Of a DNA stretch of 34,269 bases, positions 1-11,700 are shown piece after piece; within the stretch, counting starts at the first letter, position 1, and each line of letters starts with the position of its first letter. Below the pieces are notes generated by a model. That model worked only from the letters and a program-made list of their open reading frames with translations, had not been told where the DNA came from and ran no database searches. The DNA comes from Callorhinchus milii (Eukaryota). The stretch spans positions 1 through 34,269 of the forward strand of contig NW_024705566.1 in the NCBI RefSeq assembly GCF_018977255.1. Reading direction: 5' to 3'. The position numbers and the translations under genes were made by a program.

Positions 1-2
1 CT

Positions 3-509
<507 letters not shown>

Positions 510-1477
510 TAATCATTGCTCATTCTCCTACATCACCATCATCAAGATCAAGCTCCCTGAGGCACGCGTGAAGATGGGGCCCTCACGGTGCCAACCACTC
601 ACATCCAGCGGGTCCCCCCCCACTGGGTTACCCCCCCCCCACACTGGAGTCCCCCCCCCCTCCCACCGGGATCCCCCCTACCGGGTCCCCTCCCACCACC
701 TCCACAAAGAGGCTTCCGGTCTCAGTGGATTCTTTAAAAAAACGAGTGAACTAGCAACCACAGGCATAACAGAAGGTCAAATAAAACACACGAGCTAAGA
801 ACACACAACTGTGAGCCTCTGGGTCTCAGTGGATTCTAAATAGATGTACAGTACTGCGCAGCCAATGGATGAGGTCCTCCCACGCCTGCACGGCTCTTGA
901 CGGGTGGAGGAGAGAGAAGGGGGGGGGTGATAGTTCACCGTGCTTCACGCTGGCCACGCTGTGCGGATTGGCAGAGGTATTCTGCTGCACTGCCCTCTGC
1001 TTCTGCCCGGCACGCGTGCCAACCCTGCTGGTGCATGGTGGTAGTCACCCCTCCAAGCGCTCTCCAGGTTCTAACCCCGCGGGGTAACCCCGGGACGCGG
1101 CGGCGATGCCGCACGCGACCGCCTCCACTCCGGCGCCGTGGGGCAGCGGCGAGTTGTTGGTGGATGGGAGAAATGATGAAATGTTTGCGAAAAACTCCCT
1201 TCCCGTGGGCATCGAGGAGGTGCGATAACCCTGGCTTGCTACCAGAATGCAGTGCAGCAAAAGCGTGGACTGATATCATCTGATATCATCTGTCCCTTCT
1301 GGATGGGACAGAGCGGGGTTCGGCCACCAAAATAACAACAAGAAGAGACGGTCTTTTTGAATTCGGTAAACAAAATAAACCCTCAATATTTCAAGAGCCT
1401 TAACGCACTGTGGTGGTGGTGGTGAATACGAGACGGTGTGGTCTTAATAAATAATGTGTCGCGAAGCAGCACTCCTT

Positions 1478-1519
1478 AAAGAGCCACCGCATGCGGCTCC
1501 GGAGGTTGCCGACCCCTGG
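1478..1519. mobile_element. Probable terminal fragment of a hAT/Charlie-type DNA transposon
   Basis: GAGCCACCGCATGCGGCTCCGGAGGTTGCCGACCCCTG resembles common hAT MITE ends (...GTTGCCGACCCCTG). Partner end not identified. Confidence 0.4.
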
Positions 1520-1889
1520 GCTAGAGTGTTGTCGTCCCCCTTGTCCCCACGTGTATTAAACGCTCACTAATTGGCTGAAAATATCTTAATATGTAGAGAA
1601 CTGCAGAGCGATGGTCGGTCCTGGCTCACCGCCTCGTCTGTGGTTCCTGCTCGTCGATTGTGAGACGCAATTTGCACCATTGACGACGCAATATGTAAAA
1701 CTAATAGTTGCATTTATTTTTTAAAGATGATTAGCCTCTGAGATGTGATGATCACATTCTGGGTGATTTGCTCTGAATAATTAACGTCTACTTCTTCTTT
1801 TCGCGTATGGAATGTACGTGCAAATCACGTGTCCAAGTTTAAATCTGTGAGCCATGCGATGGCGTAATTAGCAGTCGTCATTTACAGCC

Positions 1890-2060
1890 CTTTGGCAATC
1901 TACTGCTGGATGAAGGCCTTGCCCTGGCAGCCATGGAGGTTGTTTGACCATATTTCACCACGCTGGTCAGTGCAGGTTGGGCAGCGTGCCCAGGACCGAT
2001 TCAGTTATCACCCGCCACTGATGTTGGCCGTGGTCATGAATTGATCACCGGTCACCTGGA
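1890..2060 (-). mobile_element. SINE fragment with RTE-like 3' end
   Basis: ATCTACTGCTGGATGAAGGCC matches motifs at ~5723, ~24067 (inverted), ~24210 and ~32737 (inverted). The body (TTGTTTGACCATATTTCACCA...CCAGGAC) matches 23980-24050 (inverted) and 29040-29100. Confidence 0.55.
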
Positions 2061-2286
2061 TTTAGCCTAGTCGGTCATGGGGATGTTTGACCGTACTTCA
2101 CCACGATGGTGGGTTCAAGTTAAATACACTGCGGGACTCATTCTGTCACCGAGCAACTTGGGCCGGATTTAGAGAGCGAGGGAACCGAGATCTTTTTTGT
2201 TTATGTTTAACTACTGCAACTTTCCGCACCGAATCTTAACCACGCGTCCCGGCGCGCGCGCCCATGCACGCGGTGTCCCCACACAG

Positions 2287-2616
2287 GTGTGGTTCAAGAA
2301 TCGGCGCGCCAAGTGCCGGCAGCAGCACAACGCGGCTCAGAACAAGGCCCGCCCGGCCAAGAAGAAGATCTCCCCGCGAGACAGCAACGCGGGCGACAGC
2401 AGCGCCGGCAGCGGGGGCCAGTTCACGCCGCCAGTGGGCGGCAACGCGGCCGGAGCTGCTGCTTCCGGTTCGTCGGGCAGCAGCGCGGCCGCCGCGGCCG
2501 CAGCGGCCGCAGCGGTGTCTCTCTGGAGCCCGGCGGCCGTGTCTCCGGACAGCTTGGCCGACCCGCTAACCTCTGCGGCCGTGCTACAGCAGCAACAGCA
2601 GCAGCAGGTTCACCAC

Positions 2617-2650
<34 letters not shown>

Positions 2651-2993
2651 GCTCTCCCTACCAGATCACGTATGCGCCCCAGCAGTCCGTGTACACGCAG
2701 AGCTACCCGGGCTCCAGCGCGTACTACTCGGCGATGGATTGCAGCGCGTACCTGTCCCCGGGCGCCGGCGGACTGAGCCCATGGCGAGCGCCGTGTCGGC
2801 CGGGATGGGGCCCGTGTCCCCGCACACGGCGCTGTCGGCGCAGGCGTACGGCGCGGCCGGGCTGGGCTTCGGCACGTCGGCCGACTACCTGCAGGACTAC
2901 AAGGACCAGAGCTCGGCGTGGAAGCTCAACTTCACGCACGCCGACTGCCTGGACTACAAGGATCAAAACGCGTGGAAGTTCCAGGCGCTCTAA
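2287..2993 (+). CDS. Otx: Otx terminal coding exon (helix 3 with K50, WSP motif, two Otx tails), interrupted by an apparent 1-nt deletion at ~2778-2780
   Basis: Acceptor ACACAG at 2281-2286, then [13 protein letters not shown]...RPAKKK...SLWSPA...MDCSAYLSP in the frame of ORF 2197. The tail [13 protein letters not shown]...[16 protein letters not shown] is in the frame of ORF 2289, with TAA at 2991-2993. Confidence 0.95.
2587..2649 (+). repeat. Coding CAG repeat (Q7-VHH-Q11)
   Basis: CAG/CAA runs in frame within the Otx terminal exon. A 10-Ala run lies at 2485-2514. Confidence 0.95.
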
Positions 2994-3489
2994 GACGGGC
3001 ACGGGGGGATCGTAGTGACGCGCGTGTCCTAGGAGGTAGAGCTTCGTGCTGCGTTATGCCCGCGCGTGGTGTGTTTGTGCGTACGTGCGGCAGCCTAGAC
3101 ACGCGACCCGCGCACGCACGTGGCGCGAGGAGTGACCGATGCGTGTCGTTCATGTGAAGTTGGTTAATGTCGTCCCGTGGTATTGCGAGTTGCCGGCCTG
3201 TTGACCGTCCAAAGAGAGTGGTGGAGATTCCGTGTTCTTGCAGCAGGGAATATTGTCTCTATCAGGAACAGACAGTGTTGATTTTCCAGTGTTAAGTGGT
3301 GCGGCCCCACAAGGTGGAATTCACTTTACTGACCTCCGTGTGATGATTTATGGCGTGAACCTAGATATAAACATGCTTTATTATCATACGTTAACTTGTG
3401 ATTTCACCAACTCATCATCTTTTTAATTCGGGGCCAAATCCCGAGTATCGTGCAGAGCGGACAAATAACTCTGCCCCCCCCGCCTGCCC

Positions 3490-3792
3490 TGGATTTCAAT
3501 AACGACTGACTTATTACAAACCTCCCCTTCATATCTAAGATTCTTGAAAGCCTCTCTTTGCCTGGGCTCATAACTAATTACGTCCTAGTCTCCCATCTTG
3601 TGTTTTCTGCAATCGGCGTGTCGGCCTGCTCACTCGACAGAAGCCACGGTGATTAACAACGGTACCATGCCCATCACCACGGCTTTGCTGTCCCACTTGC
3701 CCGGCGTTTTGGCAGCCTTTGACACCACACAGGCGCGGTGTTTTGCATGAACGCCTTTGCCATGACTTTGGTGTTTCTGGACTGGCCCTTCA
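3490..3792 (+). mobile_element. Decayed L2/CR1-group LINE reverse-transcriptase fragment
   Basis: Translates piecewise as NND*LITNLPFISKILE (cf. NYRPISNLPFLSKILE), QSACRPAHSTE (cf. QSGFRxxHSTE), AAFDT and FGVSGLAL, with stops and frameshifts. Confidence 0.75.
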
Positions 3793-3892
3793 TAACCGAT
3801 TGTATTTTTTTTTCCAATAGCCTGATTACTAATCTAGTATATAATTACAATAACCCCCCCTCAAATCTTTGCACCTGATGAGTTAATGAGTT

Positions 3893-4212
3893 AATGATGA
3901 CGTCACCCTGCTGCTGCTCTATATAAGAACGGGAGACACAGCAGGCCTTACCATTCTGGCGAATTGCCCGATGATGCTGGAGGCAATTACCAGCGAAACG
4001 TCGTACTCAAATTGTAAATTGTTGTGGTTTCACGCTTCAACACACCGGTGGGCTAAAGCAGTGAACTAATTGTCTTTTGTCAACGTGACACTTTTTTACT
4101 GATTGGCCGTGTCGGGTGGTGGAGGGTTACGACACATTTATAAATAACGCGATCTAAACCCAAAAACGTTGATTATGAATAATATTGGTCGCGAAAGCCT
4201 ACGTGTTAAAAT
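3893..4212 (+). mobile_element. Penelope-like element terminal repeat (family A) with hammerhead-like motif
   Basis: Highly similar inverted copy at 31956-32276. Contains TATATAAG, the hammerhead-like CCGATGA-T-GCTGG..CCAGC-GAAACGTC and a terminal GGTCGCGAAAGCCT. Confidence 0.7.
3961..4008 (+). ncRNA. Minimal type I hammerhead ribozyme-like motif (U4C core variant)
   Basis: CCGAUGA at 3968-3974, one extra U, stem II GCUGG/CCAGC, GAAAC at 3995-3999, GUC at 4000-4002. Stem I is weak. Confidence 0.55.
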
Positions 4213-4497
4213 GTTAACTGCCTCGCCTTGTATACAGAAGGCCATGGGTTCGATCCCGACCCTGACACCTGTTGTATATTTGGGGTATGCGTGTCTCTCT
4301 CCCTGTGGTCGCGTGGATTTTTCTCCGGGTCCTCCGGTTTTTCCTCCACATTTAGAATCAACATGTGTTCAAAATATTTCACTTCTATAAAATTTCCACG
4401 TGATGATAAGCCCCTTCGTTGAGCTATCATTTGCGGCCAGGTCACTTCTGAAAAAGATCTATATAGCTCAGTGGGCCTTACCTGGAAAATAAAAATT
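4211..4497 (+). mobile_element. tRNA-derived V-SINE-like copy, 5' end abutting the family A element
   Basis: Inverted homologue of 231-483 with B-box GGTTCGATCCC at ~4248, the V-like core and tail CCTTACCTGGAAAATAAAAA. Confidence 0.8.
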
Positions 4498-7400
4498 GTT
4501 TGGTTTTTAAAGAGTTTACAGTTTAGTTTCAAATCCAGGAGTCCTCCTCACCGGGTTCTGTTGTTCCCAGACCCTTTCCTCTCCACCTTCATCTCTCCAA
4601 GCGGCCTCCTCCTCGTCAACCCTGACACTTGAACCAGGCGAGGAGATCGTCGCTTCTCTGTGGCAAGCTCTGGTCACCTGGTATTCCCACTCTCCCCTCT
4701 CACCGTGCCACACTTTGGCTTCGCTAACGACCTTTGTCAGAGTCTGAAGACTCGTTCCCCTTTCCCGAATTCGCCTCCACCTCTGAATGACCTTTTTTTA
4801 AGTTCCACTTGTATGTTGCTAATTTGTTAATGAATTAAAAGATCTGAGTCCGTAGCTGTACCACGTGAGCTATCCAGACCACCATAAGCGGCGTAACAAT
4901 TAACAAATCCATTCTAATAATTTACTAAGGAGGGTCTCAAGACCAGAAGGTGGTCGTGCAATGGGATGTTTGGCGAATATAGTACAGCGAGTGTCTGGGT
5001 TCATGCGGGGAGGAAAGCAGAGCACCCGAAGAAAGCCCACCACCACGTATACGAGGAGGAGGCGACACTGTGCCCTGCGGTCTCTCAAAACCTCGCGCCA
5101 GGACTGGATATTGCCCTCTTGGTGCGAGTGCAGACAAACGAGTCTCTCTGAACATTCAAAAACACGATCGTAGCCAATCAGCACCGCTCGTCATGTACAA
5201 GCTGTGTACTCGACAAAACGCAAACTGTGACAACATCGGAGAAAAGACCGTTACTTTTATATACTGTGGTGCATAGGACGTCGATCGTCAACTGTTGTGG
5301 AGTACTGTCGAGTTTGGGTGACAACTAACACCATACAATCCATCTGACCAGTGTGGAAGAACGGGATAATGTTTGTCGAAGTTTGGAGGCGCTATATCTG
5401 CAACAGCAAATGCCGTTGTCAGGTGATATTTTACGCTTATGTACAGATGGTGGGTAGGACGTCTTGAGAAAGAGACCCTGTATCCTGTGCAGGCGGACTG
5501 ATACATGTACTGAATTGCGTGTGTAAGAATACACATTCACGCATGCATGTAATATATTCACCCTTTCAGCCACTAGAGGCTACCACTTCTGGCAATATTT
5601 AAAATGACAATTTATTCTTGAATCGAATTGCAATCCTAAAATGTTGACATTTCGTGGAATCGCCAGGGAGGCAAATGAGTTACACCTCCGGTCATCATAG
5701 TCACAATTATCGGCCAAGATAAATCCACTGCTGGATGAAGGCCATCCAATCCGCCATCATTTCCCTTCTTTGTCTTGATGACTACAAATTAAATGGTGTC
5801 TATCACGTGCTCCAACGTGCACGTGCAGTGGCACTCATCCGTTCATGTCCACAAAGTGGTACGTATTTTATCGACCCCCTCCCATCCCAGAGGGATGATG
5901 GTTTGAGTAAAGTACCTGGCTGCAGTGACACCTGGGAGATTTAAAAACAGGTTAGAAAAGAAGTCGCGCACACGCATGGATTACGGTCACACTTTACAAC
6001 TTGCGATTGTGCTAACGGGTATCTCAGTGCAAAATTGGTTTACATATTGCCTATTAGTTAGTTTTGGTCTGACTTGTATCTTCGTGTTTTTTGGGAAACG
6101 CTGTGATGTATTTCGCCAGTTTTTCGATAAGTCCCCAGCAGCAACACCACTTTACCCCACAAGTTTGATCGTTACTGAAGTTCGCATGACCCTCTGTCAC
6201 CTTCAACCTTCGTTGGAAATGGTTTAAAGGCGCTACCATGCATGCACATGGCTTTCAATTACTTCCGCATCACCCTGCCCTGAGGGCGAACATTTGTAAT
6301 ATAATACTTATGTGGGAGACCACTTTTCTAGAGAGCATGAAGACAGAAGTGGGTGTTCAAGGCATGCTATTGAGTGTTGGGCTATTGAAGTGAGATGCCA
6401 TTGAAAGTGACTGATGCATCTTTGTCAGCTGACAGGATTTTTTGTTTTACTGCCTCGAGACATTTGGAATAAAACTGGCGGTGGCCCATTTTCAACGTCA
6501 TGTAATTGGTGATAAAGTTGAAACAATTAGAAATTGCCCCAAACAGTTTTAACATATCTCCTGTTATTATTGTGCGCCAAACATAACATCGCAGCCATTG
6601 GGTTTTCAGGACCACCCTGACGATACTGCCTTGATCACGCGAGCATAGGCTGCACTTTTTGTCACACAGTCGTAAGAGAATGACCGATCACCAATGAAGG
6701 CGTGTAGTGGAGTCCGCTGGCAACTCCTGTGTGAAGCGACGTCACAGCTGTGCAAAGCATTCTGGGCATTTCCAAGATGGCCACGCGTGGTGTGGCACGC
6801 CCTCGTGGGACGCCAGCATTGTGCGATGGGAATTTCCGTCGAGACTAAATTGTCAAAGCGGCTGAACTTTACGCGACGGTGGGCTGTGGCGGCGTTCTGT
6901 AAGACGTGATTCTCGTGTATAGCTGTGTGCGTGAGTGATGCATAGGGTTTAAAAACCGATATTGGTGGGCACAAGGGGCGATGGAAAGCAAGCGTCGTGA
7001 AATGGTGGTGACACCTGTATTACGGAAGGCCATGGTTCTGGCATGTCATTTTGACGCCGATAAGACAATTGCAAATATGTATCAAGGGATACAGATTCCT
7101 AAAAGAAGAGTGCCAGTATAATTGACTTCACTTTTTTAAACGTTACAAGATCTAAGCGTGCGGCATAACTTTAACGGTAGACTGGTGGAGAAAAACGGTA
7201 GTCTATGTGGTTATTTTAACCAGTCTCAGCACGTTTTGAATCTTCCACACACATGGGACATGTGGGGACATGTATATTACAAACAAATGATGTTTTAAAA
7301 ATGAAACGAATTAGTGTAAAAATGTCCGTGAATTCATGTTATAATTTAATTACGGTGTTTGGTTCATCGTGAAGTGCGGCATGGTGGAGCTAATATTTAT

Positions 7401-8487
7401 ATATATTCCAAATCGATGACATTTTCGCCACTGTTATCCAGCGGCGTGGCCGAACAAGAGTTATAACGTGACGGAGAATGAGCAAACACTCGCAGCTGGG
7501 TGGGGGGGGGTGTACGAAGCATTGCTCTGGTGACCTGCATGAATCGCACCGAACGTGCAATAAATGTCAGCAGATCCACATTTACGGAGCGGGATGAGCT
7601 TGGACGACGGCTAATAAAGAGGACATAGCATGGGACTTGCAACAAGTTTTTAACCAAGTGGTAGTATTGTAATAAGCAAACAAAAACAAATATCGACAAA
7701 AGCTTGCAACATGTCGCTGTTAAGAAAAAGTTGAATTTCTGTATTTTATGCATACGTTTATAGACGGTTAAAATAAGTCGAAATATTCGGGCGTATATAC
7801 ACTAAATTGTATATATGTCTCGATAGAATTCACGTCCGTTGATCTTAAGTTTATTGTATCTTTGTATATTATTGTGTACTGTTCGTTATTTATGCCGTAA
7901 ACATGTCATTTAAGTACCCTCGAAAGCCATAGATGTTGTAAACATAGACTTTGTTCGTACGAGTATTTATAAATCGGTGTGTATTGGACATTAAGCAGTG
8001 ATATTGCAGTGTTTTTAACTTAGATTTTTCCCAGTTCCCCGGCTATCTTGCTAAAGCAGAACCACTAACACGTGCAGAATATGCAAAACACTAGCCCTGT
8101 GTCATATAGACTACTGTGAGATGTCTCTGTGTGTATATATAGAATTATACATAAGCTGCGTCGTACAATTAAAAAGAAATTATCCATACTGAGATGGCAA
8201 ATGTTCAATGTAAAAATTCTGCACACACGCTGTACGTTACTTAGGGTAGTTACACACGTGTTTTGTTTGGCATCACTGGTCACGGAATGAACAAAATAAA
8301 TCAATCTGCTTCAGTTCCCGAAGAAGCTCCTGGAGTAAAACATCGGACATCAAAGACGAGAAGAACAACCGTTAAACACATGGGAGAGCTGTACAGCAAA
8401 GACAAAGATCCCCCTCATAGCCTTCACAGATTGTTGGAGGCAAGTGCTGGTAAAGGCTGCACAGCGCAACCGCAAACACCTACGCAG

Positions 8488-8625
8488 CAGAGGTCGCAAC
8501 CGGGTACCCGATACCCGTACCACCGGCTACCCGTACCCGGCCGGGTACGGGTACGGTACCCGTTTGCGACCCTGGTGCGGCCAGGGTACCCTGGGTAAGG
8601 AATCAAAACCCGTTTGCGACTTCTG
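8488..8625. mobile_element. 138-bp hAT-type MITE
   Basis: 18-bp imperfect TIRs (CAGAGGTCGCAACCGGGT vs reverse complement CAGAAGTCGCAAACGGGT, 16/18). Perfect 8-bp TSD CTACGCAG at 8480-8487 and 8626-8633. Internal TACCCG/CGGGTA repeats. Confidence 0.85.
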
Positions 8626-8751
8626 CTACGCAGTGGCATTTTCTGCCTGATAACAGACCCACTTCACACTGCACTTGTGTGCAATTCTGCAAAGTGTCCA
8701 TTCACATTGCGTTAAACCGCACACTTTGTTGAGCCATCTGTACGGCAGCAG

Positions 8752-8781
8752 NNNNNNNNNNNNNNNNNNNNNNNNNNNNNN
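8752..8781. other. Assembly gap (30 N)
   Basis: Run of N. Confidence 1.
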
Positions 8782-11700
8782 CTAGGAAGCTCGGCGTGCG
8801 TATCGTACCCGCAGGCTAGTTCAACAAGGCGACGAATCTCCACGCCGCGCTGCTGGACGGACATAAGAACCCTTGAAGGTTCGCCTGCGGCCTCCATCGT
8901 AGCTGTTTTCACAACGGTAATCCTCCGTTATATGAATTGTGATAACGCCGAGAGTCGCCGCACCTTCTGGCGGCCGAGGAAGAAGGACGATCGGTCGCGG
9001 TCCTAAGAATCTTATATCGATATGCGCGCTATCCGGATAATGATGCGGATTGCAATGGGGATGAAGCGCAGGCCTCGTCGGGTTCGATAGATCCTTCCCA
9101 GGTCTTAATGGCTAACGAGGACATCTGTCAACGTTAATTCGGTAAATACGCACCGTTGCCATCAATTGAAGCAACTTTCATAAAAAACGCAGGTTGCTTT
9201 TTAAGACGCTCTTGTCGAACCGCTTACATTTCCCTGCCGATCGGCATTTTGGTTGAGACACCTCAGATTTGTTCGGCGTGGCTTGACCCTCGTGCTGCGG
9301 TAACCCCAACGTGGCCGCGGTTGCAAAACAACTACAATCGTATACTGGCACGTTCGACCAACGAGCCTCAGAAGACCTCTCCCATACCATTTTTTTAGTA
9401 CTTTAGGTACTAATACTGGTTGATAAGTGGCTGTGTCATACCGCCTGCCAGTTAAGTGGTGTGCTAAGTTGCATCGTGGGGCTACTCATAGGCTTCACCG
9501 AGATTGATTATAGAGGACCCCGAAGAATGAAACATTAACGCACCTCTCGCCAGCTGAACAGATTGAGCGAGGGCGACATCAAACGCTAGTAGACGTAGTT
9601 TGTTAAGGCTTGAGTGTCACAAATTCGTAAATAGGTCCCACGATACGTTTATAGATAGTACAAGAAGTACGTGAAGGTACCACTGGGGAAGCTTTTTCAG
9701 TAGGAACTGACGCCGGAGGCCGTGCCTTGCTGCACAATTGCTTAGCGGAATCCGTGACTCACACCAGTGTATGTCGACACGCGGATTGCCACCGAGCCGT
9801 CCCGCGCGACTTGCGTAGGTTGATTAGCACAACATGTTGCCGGTCAAATGCCGATCTCTATACAGAATAATCCTGTACGCTGCATTTGAAACGGTCTCCT
9901 GGCCTCACCCTCTAAAATGGAAGAATCGGGTGGAGAATGTCCCTACGCGATAAATCCTGTCAAGCGACTACAATAGGTTAGGTAGTGTGCGCTAATTATA
10001 CTCAACTGGTACCAAGTGCAGTCCGCACGGGGGTTGTAGGTTAGAGACTGTAAACGACCTAAAGCGGAATTCTTTCACACAACACCTTATTGTAAAATTG
10101 GTTTAAGTTTAGTGAAATAGAAGAATCAAGACTCCGGGGACCACGACTTTTTGCATTTATTTCTAATGGGGAGGAAGAGCTTGGCCCAGGGAGTAACATG
10201 CAATTCCACTTATTTGTAACGAGGCGCCGCGTCGATACTGCATCCACACGAGGCTCCCCGCTTATTGAGGAGAGCTTCAACGATCGTAAATAGCAACGAT
10301 AAGTTTGGAGGCTTTTATGCGGGCTGATACATTATCTAAAGGGCCGCGACTTGCATCTTTTAGTGAACCATATGGAATTGCTATCGTATTAGCCAGCCAA
10401 ACCCTACGTACTGGGCTCTTGCTATACCCTTGCCCTGACAGCTTTCCGTCCACCATCAGAGCAATCAGCGTTGTCTACAAGAGCCAAGTCATGAGTCACA
10501 ACCCCACATGTCTATTAGGCTCCAATGACAAACTGTAAAAGATAGCGTTACGCCGACCATCTGTTATCGAGGAGGACCTTGTCGCTTATCTCTGGTATCT
10601 ACGTATTCTGCGAACGACGAGTCAAGATAGTTAGTTGACGATCGGTGGGCTCACCTGTTTCCTACACAACCTAGGGGTTCAACCTGCGTGAAGACTTTGC
10701 CTGACTAACAGTGTACTAAAAAGCCATTCCTAGGAACAGATTTAGACGCAAATATATTACTTTTTTCTGGTGAACCGAGTAATCTAATGATCTCAATAGT
10801 CGAATTTTAAATCGTAGTTCCGGCCTACGGGGTCGTGCGAGTTGTGGCAGTCAGTTTTATATGGGAACATGAGTTGCAACAGCGCAGTCGGTTTACTTTG
10901 CTGCCGTTGGATCGACGATCGGGGGTATCTTGCTTGCGACGACTGTCAGAGGATGTAACCTAACCTGAAAGGTAATACCTCTTGCACAATCCTCACAATT
11001 CGACTCCTGCGGAGGCCGGTGCCTCGAAAAACCAGACACATGAGGCAATGGTTTGATGTCCTCAACAACTTGTTCGCCAGATGCTGATATCGTTTGCCAA
11101 CTCCAGGGCATTGCCAAAATCCGTAATAAATGCAACCTGGATGGCGTCAATGGTATTATCTCCAAGTGCCCAGATCGGGACTCGACTAAGCTCCGTACCA
11201 AGCAACATCAGGTCCTCCGCATCTGCTTAGCGAGTCACAACCAAGAGGAGCACTATTAAAATGCCCTGAACACGAGCAATTGTAGAACTAGTGTGCCTTG
11301 CGTCCTGTATTGAAGGTGATTGATCAGGTTTGCGCAGTTACAGCTCGATTCGATTCTGACCCTTCCTCCAGTTGCCTTATTGTGACCTACACTATACGTG
11401 TAGTGAGCCAAGGTGTTTGATACACATCGGGTACCTGCGGTGGCCTATAATATTTATATCAGTCTATGGCGCTTTCGGGTGGTAATAGCGCGCTAGGGCA
11501 GACAGACGAGATGGCCAAAAACTCAGTCGCCGCACCGTGCCAGTGCGTTTACATAGGAAGACGTACTCACATAATATTTAGTTCGAACGTCTCAGTTATA
11601 TTTGCTTAAGTGCATCTTTCCAACACCTCGAAGCGGTCTCAGTTTTCCGTTGAGGGCTATCTTCTCAAACAAATCAACCGAAACCCCGGTGATGTGGGGT

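Noticed and set aside
2264..3157. Multiple overlapping sense and antisense ORFs over the Otx terminal exon
   Set aside because: Shadow ORFs caused by very high GC and few stops. Only the 3' part of ORF 2289-2993 is real (Otx tail).
4240..4262. tRNA-like B-box GGTTCGATCCC (also at ~415-425, minus strand)
   Set aside because: SINE head. No complete cloverleaf, and it continues into the V-like domain.
4666..4690. Minus-strand GGGAATACCAGGTG resembling 5S rRNA box C
   Set aside because: Too short, and the rest of 5S is not present.
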